Positions 40,252 to 51,973 of a DNA stretch of 64,000 bases are shown here, in pieces. The translations under genes and the position numbers were made by a program. Position 1 is the stretch's first letter. Each line of letters starts with the position of its first letter. Below the pieces are notes generated by a model. The model ran no database searches and was not told where the DNA came from. It worked only from the letters and a program-made list of their open reading frames with translations. This DNA is from Moniliella sp. 'wahieum' (lineage: Eukaryota). The stretch spans positions 62,001-126,000 of the forward strand of contig RSEE01000075.1 in NCBI GenBank assembly GCA_003971905.1, read 5' to 3'.

Positions 40252-40864
40252 TCAAAGCTCGAAAAAGTCGGCACTCATGAACCTGTGTAGGCGCCGGACA
40301 TCCACCCCGGAAGGCCGGAACGCTGGTTAGTTTCAATCCCGCCGCCACAGCCACAATCTGCGCGCTCAAGTGCAATGGCACGTACAACTCGAGCACCATC
40401 TCAGGCGGGATGCGCCGCTCAAAGTCCGTAGGCACAAAGCGGGCCGAGTTGGTGCCAGGCGTGGCGTGCTGTTGGTTCCAGGCGAGGAACTCGATCACTT
40501 TTTCCAACACGACCCCGCGCACTTGTGGAAAGAGGGCTTTGCCCTGCTGGCCCTCGGCAAACCCGCCCGACTCGGAGACGGCGAGCATGTTGGGGATCGT
40601 CGAGCCGATCCGCGTCACCGTCTCGTAGTCCACCACGAACCGGTATCCGTCCTGGCCACAGGGGGGGTAGGGTGAGTACGTGGACGGACAGAGAAGCGAG
40701 GGCGCGAGAGGATCAGGTGCGTACGCCGCTTTCGAGGGTGACCCAGCGCCTGGGAGACGCAGGCTGCTTGCCCTTGGCGCTGCTGGTCTGCTCGCAGTGT
40801 TAGTACACGTCCGGATGGGCAGTGTGGCAGCCGGCAAGGAAGGCAGGCAGCAACGCACCGACAT
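40252..40864 (-). CDS. ELC1: Elongin C; four coding exons, the first only ATGTCG
   Basis: Spliced product MS-TSSAKGKQPASPRRWVTLESG-DGYRFVV...GFAE...VLEKVIEFL...IPPEMVLEL-FMSADFFEL*; canonical GTRYGY donors and TACTAAC/CTAAC branch points. Confidence 0.9.
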
Positions 40865-41585
40865 GGGGGATGGTGGTGGTGGTGGTGGCAGTGGTGGTGG
40901 CGGTGGTAACGAGGTTGCGGATACGCTGTGCGCATCGGGCACGGGCGGGTGAACATTGCAAATGGCACGCGCCCCAGCTGAACGTTTCATCCGGCAGTGG
41001 CACTGGCCACGTGATCTCTTTGCACCACGCCCATCCATCCGGTAGTCGGGCGTTTCTTAGCGTGCCGCCTCCACAGCCTCCGCCCCATCCACAACAAACA
41101 CCAGAACGGCCAGATGGAGCATCGAGAAAGGCACTTCGTCCTTGCCCTTCGTCGCGCCCCAGCCTGGGTTGGAGAGTGTGGCACTGGCGACGGGCAAACA
41201 TAGCACGCAACATGGAACAAACAGATGGACGCTGCCTTTACCGACCGTTCCCTACCGCGCCCTGAACGCAACCGGAATGGGAATAGGAGTGGGAATAGGA
41301 GGAGTACGAACTGACGCAGGAACACAGTCACCCGGTCACGCGGGGGCCAGATGATCAAAAACGAGGTATAACGGCAAAAAAGTGACACCGGGGAAAAAAA
41401 CAGCGAAGTAAAAGGGGGGGTAAAGCAAACAGCCTTTCAAAAGGTACACGAAGGAAGGAGGACGAGGGTGCGGGAAAGTAGGCGGTGCGGATCAGTTGCT
41501 TGTCTGGCCCAGCTCCCGGTGCCTACAGCAGCAGCGGTAACACACCCACACGTGCTTGGCTCCTCCTTGCTCCCCTTGTTTTTCC

Positions 41586-43505
41586 TCAAGGCCGCCACGT
41601 AGGTCGCGGTGAGCGGACGAGATTGGTGGGATTGGTGGGATTGGTGTGGTTGGGGGGATTTGCACGGCTCGGACGCGCCTTGCGAGGGGTCAGAGGGAGT
41701 GCCGGATCAGGCGAGGAAGAGGGCCCTACTCCTACCCCTGTCTTGCGTGGCGAGAGGGAAACAGCCCCGGACTGGCCGCCCGACTTGCGTCTCGCTACAG
41801 AGAACGATGCCGTCGATGACGGAGAGCAAGGCGGCTGGACACGGGGACTCGAGGGAGCGGAGATAGGAGCGGCACCGCGTACGCTCGAGGAGGATCGATG
41901 ATGGGAGCGGCGTCCGCTTGGGCGCGGAGAGCCGAGCGGGCTGAGCGAGGCAGGTACGTCAGTTACGCCAGGTAGGGAAGGTAGCGTCGGTAGGGTAGAT
42001 GGCGCAGGCGAGCTCGGCTCCCAGGACGGGAGCGGACGGGGGTTAGGAGGCTGGGAGCCCCTCCGCTGTGGTTCGGCCCTGCTTTCAGCCCTGCTTTCGG
42101 CCCTGCTTTCGGCCCTGCTTTCGGCCGCAACCGAGGGGCGCAACGAGGGCCGGAACTGAAACGCAAACGTCGACGAGGTGGGGGGCGAGCACGGGAGGTA
42201 CTGTGCGGAAGGGGGATGCGAGAAGGCATCTGTCCGGCTCCTCCCGACACACTCGATCGACCTCGGGGGGGCGTCGAGGTGGAAAACAGGCTGGGCGTAG
42301 AGGGAAGCGCCAGGACAGAAGAAAGCGGTTCAAACGATGTGCCAGATTGAACGTTCGGTGTGGCGGGTGCTGCGGCCAGTGGAGACGAAAAGCGCGCAGG
42401 GTAGTCCCGCGCCGCTTCCTGTGCCCAAACCGACTCGAGCTGGTCCGCGTCGGGCTGGGAGGCGAGAGCGGTGCGGCACTGCACGATCATTGTGTCCAAC
42501 CGACTCTGCATCCGCTCCAGAACGGCATCATGATGATCTGGCAAGCAACTGTCCTCCCCATCGTGGTCCACGTCCCCGTGAAAATCCAAACCCTCGTCCA
42601 TATCGGGCAGCGGCGGGAGCACAGAAGTGGAGGATGCGGTGGGGGGTGCAGAACGCGGCGGAGGAAAACAAGCAGCTGTGCTGCTGCTCGCCGGAGGTGA
42701 AGGCAGCCGGGGAAAGGGACTCGAACCACGCGAACTCGATCCTTCCCGCTTTCCTGCCACCGCTCGTCCGCGCAGCGCGACGTCGTTGCGCCGAGGGGAT
42801 CACCGCTCGTCGCCGCCGATTCGATAAGTACACTGCTCGGGCAGGATGGACGATACGTGTGGGCGTGAGGGATGCCATGGTGGGAGCGGTACTGGCTTCA
42901 TCCTTACGCAACGACAACACAGGTTAGGGGATTCCGCAGAAAAAAAAAAAAAAAAAAACAGGACCAACACGTACCAGTTTCGGTTCCAGAACCGGTTCCG
43001 GGTTCGAGTCGGGGGTAGGGACGTCACTGGTACCCTTGTTGAGCGTCCACGAGGTCCACAAGGAGTACGCGGCCGACACGGCGCCATCGACTAGGGCACC
43101 CGCTACGCCGCGTCGCCGTTTCGTAGGACGCTCTTCGTCGGGCGAGCCGGGATGAGGTGCACGCTTCGAAGTGGCAGCAGCCAGGGTAACCAGGCTCTCC
43201 TCCGCCCGACCGATCCGCGACGCATCCCCCTCGTCGTCCTCCTCGCCTCCCAAGTTGAGGTGAGAAAACTCAGCCAAGGTCTGTGCTTGGGCAAGTTCGG
43301 CATCGGGCGCGCTCGTAGACAGAGACGGACGCCATTCTCCCGCTCGGAGGGAGAGGGATGAGCGGCGGGGAGAAGTGGGGGGAGGGTGGTGGCGCGGGAG
43401 ACGATGGGGCGCGGCGCGGGCAGGCAGGCGGCGCACTTTGCGCGGTGACGAGGGAGCGCAGGCGCGAGTGGCCTCCGGCGCGGCAACATCCAGCGCAGAA
43501 GCCAT
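41586..43505 (-). CDS. Hypothetical Pro/Ser-rich protein; intron 42903-42974; frameshifts
   Basis: ATG at 43505 (MASALDVAA); conserved-looking blocks GVAGALVDGAVSAAYSLW and ERMQSRLDTMIVQCRTALAS; GTACGT...CTAAC...AAG intron. Confidence 0.55.
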
Positions 43506-44129
43506 CCCCGGGGCAGCGGCCACTGGTGGTGGCGATGTTGGTGGTGATGTTGGCGGCGGTGATGTTTGGAGGTGGTCCAATCGCGACACCAACCAAAAAC
43601 GCTCAGGGGGATTTTGAATTTCACCTCCTGTTGTTTGGCGCGCCATCCAACCCTAGCGCTCAGGCTGAGCCCCCCATCCCTACACTTCCTATCTCCTGCG
43701 TCGTTGCCATCATCCTCATCGCCGACCAACGCACTGTGCTCGCCGTCAACAACCACGCCTGGGCCATCCGCTTCGTCCTCACACCAGTGCCCTGCCCCCC
43801 CGCCATCGCCCTCCCCCCCCCCATCGGAACAAGTGGACGCGTCTCAGACTAGGTCCCGTTCGCGTTTCCTGCTCCTGCATCGATCTCTTCCCTACCCACC
43901 GTCGTTCCCGCTTCAGATCCAGAGCCGCACACCGCGTTCGCCCTGGTCATAGGAGCAGGCAGAAGGTTCGTGGGTAGTCTGTCCTCTGGCGTAGGTGACT
44001 CGACCATGAGTTTGACATACATGCAGTTCCTACAAGCGGTCCCCTCGGTCTGTCAGGCATAATAGGGCGGTGCAGTTCAGTACGTTGCCCTTTTACGGCG
44101 GGCGGTTGTTCAGGTATTGCACAGTGATC

Positions 44130-45634
44130 TTATTCCTGCTTCGACGGCATCTGCGCCCGCGCCTGGGCCACCAGCGCGAGCTGAGTGGGACGCAACGCCG
44201 CATACAGCAGGTCGAGCGCAGGCGTCGCCACATTGTACGCCCTCGCCCGAGCATGGAGGGGGACAAAGATGGCCGCAAACTCATTCGGCTTGCCCTGATC
44301 CCAGTCCACCAACATAGAGGGGCGATAGCTCTTGCTCACATGCCTGTGCTCGCCTGCCGCCCCGGACGGGGCGCTCCGCAACGTCTTCTCCAACGCCTCG
44401 GCCACACACGCCTCCGGCAACACCTTCTCGTCCATCTCACATGCCCGTCCGACCGCCAATGTCTCCCGCATCAACGTTTCAGCCGAATAGCGCGTATCAT
44501 CCCTGCACTCCTCGGCCAGCAGGGCGGCCAAAGGCTGGCGTGCTTAGTGTCGATTCAGTCCACAGATGCATCCCATGTCCCGGTCAGTATTCTGTCTGTC
44601 TCTCTCTCCTCGCGCCTGCCTCCCTCATAGCATGTGACCGCCAGCGCAAGCAAGGACAAAGAGCACAAGAGAACAGAGAGCGATGCGCACCTAGACAACA
44701 GAGGCCGCTCCAGGCAACAATCCACAAGGTCTTTTGCCATCGGAGCGGCAGAACATCGTCAACCAACTCAGTTGCGATGCCCGCACGAGAGAAGAGAGCG
44801 GCAAGACGGTGCAGTTGGGCCTCCACCTTGTCATGGTGCGCAGAGGGGGGGTGGGGGGAGTATAGCCCCAGATCCACCCTCTGCAGCGCGCCTTGCTCCA
44901 CACATCGACCCCCCTGCACCATCCGTGCCCCGGCCCAGACCGAAGCGGTGAACACGGCCGACGCCACCTCATCTTGCACCACAAGACGGTCATGAACCGG
45001 CTCCTCCACCTCTAGCCCGTTCTGGACCAACAAGATGGCCGGCTTGCCGCCTGCTCCCCCAGGGCAGGCCCAATCACATCGGCCAAGGAGACGAGATCGG
45101 GGGTGCACTTGGTGGTGCACACGACGTAGTCGTACGCGTCTGTTTCGGCGCTTTGACGCGCCTCGACCGGCTCATGCACCACACGCCCCTTGGGCTTCCA
45201 CCCACGCACAAACCCAAATGCCGAAGAGGCAATGTCCACTCCGGGGCCGTCGGGGGTGAAGCGCGAGAAATTCGACCGCGCCACCGCGGTCAGCTTGACG
45301 CCTGCGCGCGTCTCGAGGAGCCACGAGAGCAGGACGCCAAGCGCGCCGAGCCCAATGACGAGCACATGCGGTGGGGCATCGGGGGATAACGGTGGGGCAT
45401 CGGGGGTTAACGGTGGGGCAGCGGGGCTTAACGGTGGGGCATCGGGGGATAACGGAGCGGCGGACACGGAGTGGAGATCGGGCTCGGGCTGGGCAAGCGC
45501 ACTGGGCGAGACGGGGATGGGGACGCTGTGGGCGAGGCCGAGGGGATGCCGCCGGACACGTGTGGCGGGTGGGCGTGCGGGGCCGGGGGCAGGTGGGCGT
45601 GGGCGAGGAGACGCTCCACGCGGTCGAGCACCAT
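44130..45634 (-). CDS. Ketopantoate reductase (ApbA/PanE family), frameshifted
   Basis: VLVIGLGALG Rossmann motif, YDYVVCTTK, LLVQNGLEVE, RWQKTLW, YRPSMLVDWDQGKPNE. Confidence 0.85.
45369..45455. repeat. 4 x 21-bp coding minisatellite (SPDAPPL) just before the Rossmann fold of the ketopantoate reductase
   Basis: CGGTGGGGCATCGGGGGATAA units visible. Confidence 0.85.
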
Positions 45635-47460
45635 CGCCGACGCCGCCCACGAGCAGACGAGATGTGGGGGGTAAATATTAGATCGCGCCTCAGCTGACGC
45701 CTCAAAACGCCATCCCATCCACGCCTCCCCGCATCACGTGCCCCTGCGCCGCTGAGATAAGCCATCCCTCCTCGTTGTGTCGCGCGTCCACAGGCAGAAC
45801 AGACGCAACGCAACAGAGCCGATCCCCCGGCTTGCTCCCCTCCGTGTGTGCATAGACACACCTGTGATGTGGGTGGCTAGAGTCTCCTTTGGGGTTCCAG
45901 CGTATAGACCCTTTTGCTGGTACGGCCAAGACGGGCCGTCATTGAGCCCGGCGGTTCTTCTGTTAGGTTATGTGCCCACTCGGTAACTTTTTTTGGATGG
46001 TGCATCTCAGGGACTACTTCACCCTTCCCCGGTTCTGACCCCAGCCGAGCTGACTAGTAGCTCACGCCCGCCCCCACAGCCTACGGCGACGATCGTAATC
46101 GAACAAGGCAACGATATGCCCGGTAGCCGATCAGTGTCTAATAGTACCTACATGTCCAGTGGAGGCCACGACGTCCCTTTCTCGCTTTTTTGCTTTTCTT
46201 TTGTTCCCACACGATCCGTTCTCCGGGAGAATGGAATACAGTCAGCCAGTTTGTGATGGAACCCGGATCTCTTCTCGCGCGGCGATAATTATGGTTCCAT
46301 AATCCCTGAAGAACCCCCTTTCTCTCCTTGCATTTTGCCTTTTTGGTTTCTCGTTTTGAGACCTCGTCTGTATTTCCGAGATTGGTGACACTCTCTGTCG
46401 TCTGTAACTTTCCAACACCCTGGCACCCGGTGGATACCCCTTCGCACCGTCTTAAACTTGATACCAAGTAAGCTCCATACGCATGCTTTTGTCGAGTCCG
46501 CGCCCGCCCCGCCTCTAATGTTTGATTCACACCCAATGCATCTGCGGTCGCGTCGTCAAGGTTGGTGTGTCACGTTTTCCTTCTGGTATGCTTTTACGAC
46601 ACCACAGTGGTTTACCCGCCAGAAACAAGGTTAGATCGTGCACCTTCCCATATGGGGTGTAATGCCCTCGCTGACTGGGGTAGTCGTAATGCGAGTCAAT
46701 TTTCCCGTTCCGAATAAACTGCGTCGATGGGCGGGGGGCGCCAATGAGCGATGCATTGTTATGCTCTTTTCTTGCTTCGTCCCCGCCATCCCCTTTCGGG
46801 TATTGTCTGCCGGACGAGCCATAACTACCGCCCTGAAGACTGAGCTGCCGGCACTCTTATCCGTGATGGGGGGCACCAGCGTCCTCCCATCACGAGCGAA
46901 AGTCTGGTCTTGCGCGAGGACACCATATCTAGGTATTACTTGAGATATTGGCTGTCAACGGGACTCTTCTTACGGACAGGCTCTCCTCTGGGATGATTGC
47001 ACATCTGGTTAATTGGGAGCAGCGGTGGTGTCGGGGTTGCTCTGGTGGAAACATGACTTTGCACTTCCGCCCAAGGGCGCGTCGCGGCATCTTGCTATGG
47101 CGATTCCCATCAACTGATCATTGTTGGTCACTGTTCTTGGAGCCATCCAGCAGGAAACGTTTAAATCCTGGCACGAGGCTTTCATTCACCCTGGACGCGA
47201 GTGATTCAACCACTTGTTCCGGTCCAAGTGTCATGTGGACGGTATGGGCCCCAAGGAGGAGGCACTATTTGTGGGCCAGACGACTCCCGATGGTCGGCCT
47301 CCCTGATGCGGTGAACGATCTCTCCGGCTTCGGCTGGTGGGCGACCACGTGTGCCTGGACTTGTTCCACATAACACAGCGGATCAACGAAATAGATAAAA
47401 ATATCAGCGGATGTCCGGAGGCTGATATCGGCGACGTATTTGCATGGTTTTGAGGGAAAT

Positions 47461-47557
47461 GATGTCAGCGACGGCGCAAAAGAGGTCGTTGATGTCAGCG
47501 ACGGCGCAAAAGAGGTCGTTGATGTCAGCGACGGCGCAAAAGAGGTCGTTGATGTCA
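47461..47557. repeat. 3.2 x 30-bp perfect tandem repeat GATGTCAGCGACGGCGCAAAAGAGGTCGTT
   Basis: Three identical contiguous copies plus a partial copy; no spacers. Confidence 0.95.
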
Positions 47558-48049
47558 ATGATGTGCAGCGCGGGGGGCCAACTGCCGGCTACATGTGAAA
47601 CTTTGCGTCGTTTCAAAATCCCACCCGGCCACACCATTTCGTGTCTTCTGATGCTAGGAAATGCTACCAGAACCACCTAGTCAACACGCGTCCTTCCTAT
47701 ACGCGCTCACGGTAGCTGGCCAAGGGCAGGGAATCGATGCTCTACGGGGACATGCGTCTTCAGATTAGCCAGGGGAACATCGGCAATTGGTGTGGCCAAG
47801 GTCTAGTCGTCAGGTAAATGGAAGCTCATTTCATGTGGACCAAAAGGCAGGCCATGCAGGACAACATTGTGCCCACTGATAGGGGTTTGGCTCATCAGGC
47901 GTCCATCCTGCGGCTAGTTCTGCTTGAGTACAGGACAGGCAGGGACGACTGGTGCAGCCCCGCGGAAGATAGGCTTTTTTGGTCCTTCACATTGCTTTGA
48001 CCCCGCAAACGAAAGTCATGAAAAGTCTGTTGGGTTCTCCGAGCAAACC

Positions 48050-48650
48050 GACGAGATCATCGAGAGTCCTTCGTCCTGATAAATCCATAGTCGGACAGGC
48101 GCGTTTGAGAGATAGGTCTGAAACCGAAATCCGTCAAGCGAGACTGTCTCCCAGAGATTAGGCTGTCATATACGCGGACTTGACACTTCTTCACCATCTC
48201 TTCTTCTTGTTCCATCAGGTGTGTGTGCTCGTGAGCCAACCGTCTGACCCATTCCGCGTTGGCTCCGACAACAGTAAGGTGTGTGGATGAGGCCGGAGCT
48301 TGGGCCCCACTGGTCCGTGTAGTGTAGGCGTCCTTCATCGCAGTGTTCCGACTCGGCCAGATATTCATTGGACCAGATCAATTGTCGGTGGTCACAGAAT
48401 GACCCTGACCCCGTCGAACGGACCAGCAAAGCGATGAACGACACCAGTTCGACAATGAATACGGGTAACGACAGGTTTTACATTTGCGGACCGGCATGCC
48501 CTTCAACTGTTCCTTGACGCAAAACTCCACCTTTTGCTTAATGAACGCGGTGTTGCGTGTGCGATCTGTCCCAATGTCCGGGAAGATTGTCATTGGAAGT
48601 CTCCGCTCATCAGCTGGCCGCCTGGCAAATAATAAAGGCGATGTGCAGAG
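48050..48650 (-). mobile_element. Highly degenerate Ty3/gypsy-like integrase remnant
   Basis: Fragments NLPGHWDRSHTQHRV / IKQKVEFCVK resemble the HHCC region; EWVRRL...VKKCQVRVYD resembles the post-core helix; many stops and shifts. Confidence 0.3.
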
Positions 48651-50543
48651 CCACGTCGCGTCGCGCCAGAGGCCCAGGGAAGTACCGATGCGCAGTAGCT
48701 CCCGCGATAAAGGCTAGAGATAAAGGTGATCGTGCCAAAATACGCGCTTGTGTATTTAGAGCACAGTCGTCTCGCTTGGCAACACATCGCGAGCCGGATG
48801 GTGAAGTGGGATTCGCGTTAATCCATCTACCCCAACTTGCGAGTGGAGGTCATCTGAGACATCACGCATAGTCAACGTGGGAACGGTGAAAATATATTAT
48901 TTTCCCACTCCAGCGTGGAACGGTGGCTAAGGGGGCGACGCACAGCAATAGTTAATCTCATCAGTGGCAGGCCCAGTTCGGCGAGCTCTCGCCGCATATA
49001 CTTTTTGGTAACCACAACTGGATGATGTTGATGACGGCAATGAACGGGTTCGTAAAGGGCGCGAACATATTGCTAGCAATCGGACCGTGGTGACGTCTTA
49101 TTGTTTCCGACAGATCCTCAATACACAGAGTCGGAGACTGCAAAAAGGAGTGCGTCTTATTGTGAGGCATCAGACTTGTGTGTGCGCGCCGAGTTGATCG
49201 CCACTCTGGCTTGGATCCGGACTGAGGATCCGCTGTCGCTTCGGGTTCGGTAGACGGACCAGCCGACTGTGGGCAACGCACGTTTCAGCGTTGTCCTCCA
49301 TCCAAAAGCATCTTCCACATCGCCATTTTGCGTGGGAGACCCAGGGGGCAATCCAGAGAGGGGCTGACGGTGCAATTCAGGGGAGGCCACGTCTGGCATA
49401 TTAATGTCAGATGTGTGCCACAGTAGAGATGGTGGCCAGCGCTTGCCGGTTGGAACCAGCTAGGATCGTGCTTACGCGCCGGAGCGCAGGGTGCACGAAT
49501 GATGCCTGCTGCAGTGTCCAGTGTTGCAGCTGGGTTATTGGACGCGACCCGGTGTGCCCGGTGTGATCTTGCTGGTGACGTCGGGCGTCCCTGTGTCGAA
49601 AAGACGAGTACGGGTATCGACGACATATCCGGTGCATATCCAATGGCTGGCAGTGCTGGGCATTCTGGCAGCCGAAAGAGTTGAAGCAAGAGTTGGAGGA
49701 GCTAGGGCTCCAGTGTCCAGTACCTCGGTGTCGATACATTGCCGGTGTACCAACGGCGAACGTTTGAATGTGCGACTCGACTTTCACTGTTGGCCTGGCT
49801 GCTTCGATCTGTCCAGGACACTACGTAGCCTTATTCGCTCACCATCGAGCGACAGTTGGCTACTGCCGGTCACGGGCGAAGACGAGCTGGCAAGCCTGAC
49901 GAAGCCTATGTGCGCCTGTCGCCTTCCTATTCCCATCCCCAGGTTGGTCATGGGGTCAGATTCAATCTGGAGACGATAGTCGCCCCGTGCCCTTTTACCT
50001 TTTAGGTTGCCCGTACCCAAAACCGTCGCCCTCCCTGGTTTCCCCTCTGTCCCCCGTTCTTCCTCTATGCTACACCGCCTTGCCACACTGGCACCCACCT
50101 CTGCTATACGCCGAGAAGTCTTTCTTTGTCCCTAGCCCCGCTCGGACCCACCAATCAGCCCAAGTGCGTAACCACCGTGAGAGCTAGTCGACCTTAGGAT
50201 CTCCAATGGATTGTACCCTTAGGCCTTAGGCCTTAACCCCCCTGGGCGCCCCCCCCTGGCAGCGCCCGCGCGTACACTGCCTGGTGCAGAGAATGTTGGG
50301 CGCAGCCTGTTCCCTGCAGCAACAGCGCCTTAATACTTCTTCAGTTAGGCCCCTGGCTAGCCAAATCCGGCCAGGGGCAAAAGACTTGCCTAATGCATTG
50401 TATGGAGCCCCCCGCATGTGAGTGGCGCAATCTGCTCTACCCCCACACTGCAGCCCACACTTGACAAGAGCCAGCCAGACCCCCTGGTCATGCCTCTTTC
50501 CACATACACCCTGTTGACATCCGTCCTAGGACCGCGCGGACCC

Positions 50544-50559
50544 TGAGTCACGTGAGTCA
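50544..50559. promoter_or_regulatory. Tandem AP-1/Gcn4 sites TGAGTCA-cg-TGAGTCA overlapping a CACGTG E-box in the copia LTR (also 55442-55457)
   Basis: Exact motifs seen; binding is inference. Confidence 0.5.
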
Positions 50560-50725
50560 GCTTTCATTCCTTCCGAGCTCGCACCAGTCTTCTGGACGAG
50601 TCAGTCGCAGAAGCTTCTTAGTCCAATACGACGTTCAGTGCTCACATTCTGTGGTAGTAGCGAGGCCGACAGAGTTACATCCTTATCTGCTCATCCCTGA
50701 GCTGGCCAAAACTACACCCACAACC

Positions 50726-51973
50726 ATGGGCGCCAACGCTAACACCGATCTCTCGGTCAGCGACACCACAATGGTGAACAAGCGCGATTACTGGACACCA
50801 ACCGGTCGCGATCCGCCACCGATTGGCACCGACAACGAGGAACTCATGATGCTTTGCGCCGAAGCGCACCTGTGGTTCAAGAAGACGAACGACATCGATG
50901 TCGTTAAAGAGAAGATCAACAGAGCTATACACGACAGAGCCGAGTGGCTTGGATGGAAGGACGAACCTACGTCTATCACGACAAACTGGGTTCGACGGGC
51001 TACGAATTTTGTGGTGCAAAACATCCACCAAATGGAAACTCAACCCAACGCAACTTTGGGGGCACCTACAGGCGCAGCCTCGCGACCCGAGTACGACCTT
51101 TACAGATCACTACGCGAGTCTCCCACCAAGAATATCAAGTGGCCTGATCTGAACAAAGACCCGTCCGCCTACAGCGCTTGGGAAGACGAATTTCTCTTCG
51201 CGATAACAGATGCCCACCCCCACGCAAGCGACGTCGTCCAGAATGGTCGCAGCTCCCGCTACTTCACCGAGGACCTCGACAGACGCTTGCACAACCTTCT
51301 TAGGGAAGCCATGCCGTCAACCCTCTTCCGGACGATCCGCACCCACCACGAAATATCATGCACCCAGGACACGCTGAACATGCTGCGTCAGCGGTATGGA
51401 TATACGCCTACCGCAAACAGAGGGCCTCTACTCATTCGCTACTTTTCGGCCGACCAAGGAAACCGATCGGGTCGAGACTACCTCGACTACATGGAAGAGA
51501 TCAGTGCAAGCCTGACGCGAGCGGGCATCCCACTTACGGAAGAGCAGGAACGCACTGGGATCCTACTCGGCTTACGCGACATGAGCATTCGCCAGCGTGA
51601 AGAGCGCTCGAGTCTAGACAAGTTACGGCAGGCCGTGATGGACATACCAGCCGCCACGTATCCCGGTGGAGAAAGGAAGAGAAACGGAGGCAAGCCGGTC
51701 AACGGAGGAACGCCTTGGACTCGACCCGACAGCGGGGGACGACCCACCAGCGGGGGAAAAAACTCCAGCGGGGGCAAAGCCGGCGACGACAACCTCGCGG
51801 ACACAAAGACCAAGGGGCAAGACCGCACCAACCAACCCTGGCGCAGCGCGACGTCTAATAAACCTGTTGTCCCTCCGCGCAACCCAGGCCGAGCCAACGC
51901 TCACGTCGCTCAGAGAGCGAGCTCTCCCGAGTCTGAAGTGATTGACGTTGATGCGGGCACAGCTGACTACTAG
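50726..51973 (+). CDS. gag: Copia Gag (no CCHC zinc knuckle visible), ends at UAG in frame with pol
   Basis: First ATG after the LTR at 50726; helical capsid-like region (YSAWEDEF...LNMLRQRYG...DYLDYMEEI) followed by a basic Gly-rich tail. Confidence 0.85.
   Translation: MGANANTDLSVSDTTMVNKRDYWTPTGRDPPPIGTDNEELMMLCAEAHLWFKKTNDIDVVKEKINRAIHDRAEWLGWKDEPTSITTNWVRRATNFVVQNIHQMETQPNATLGAPTGAASRPEYDLYRSLRESPTKNIKWPDLNKDPSAYSAWEDEFLFAITDAHPHASDVVQNGRSSRYFTEDLDRRLHNLLREAMPSTLFRTIRTHHEISCTQDTLNMLRQRYGYTPTANRGPLLIRYFSADQGNRSGRDYLDYMEEISASLTRAGIPLTEEQERTGILLGLRDMSIRQREERSSLDKLRQAVMDIPAATYPGGERKRNGGKPVNGGTPWTRPDSGGRPTSGGKNSSGGKAGDDNLADTKTKGQDRTNQPWRSATSNKPVVPPRNPGRANAHVAQRASSPESEVIDVDAGTADY

Noticed and set aside
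47461..47557. 30-bp repeats as a CRISPR array
   Set aside because: Copies are contiguous with no spacers, no cas genes, eukaryotic context
50552..50725. N-terminal extension of Gag (MSQLSFLP...) in the ORF track; same for ORF 55450-55779
   Set aside because: Begins at a GTG inside the LTR; first ATG after the LTR is 50726
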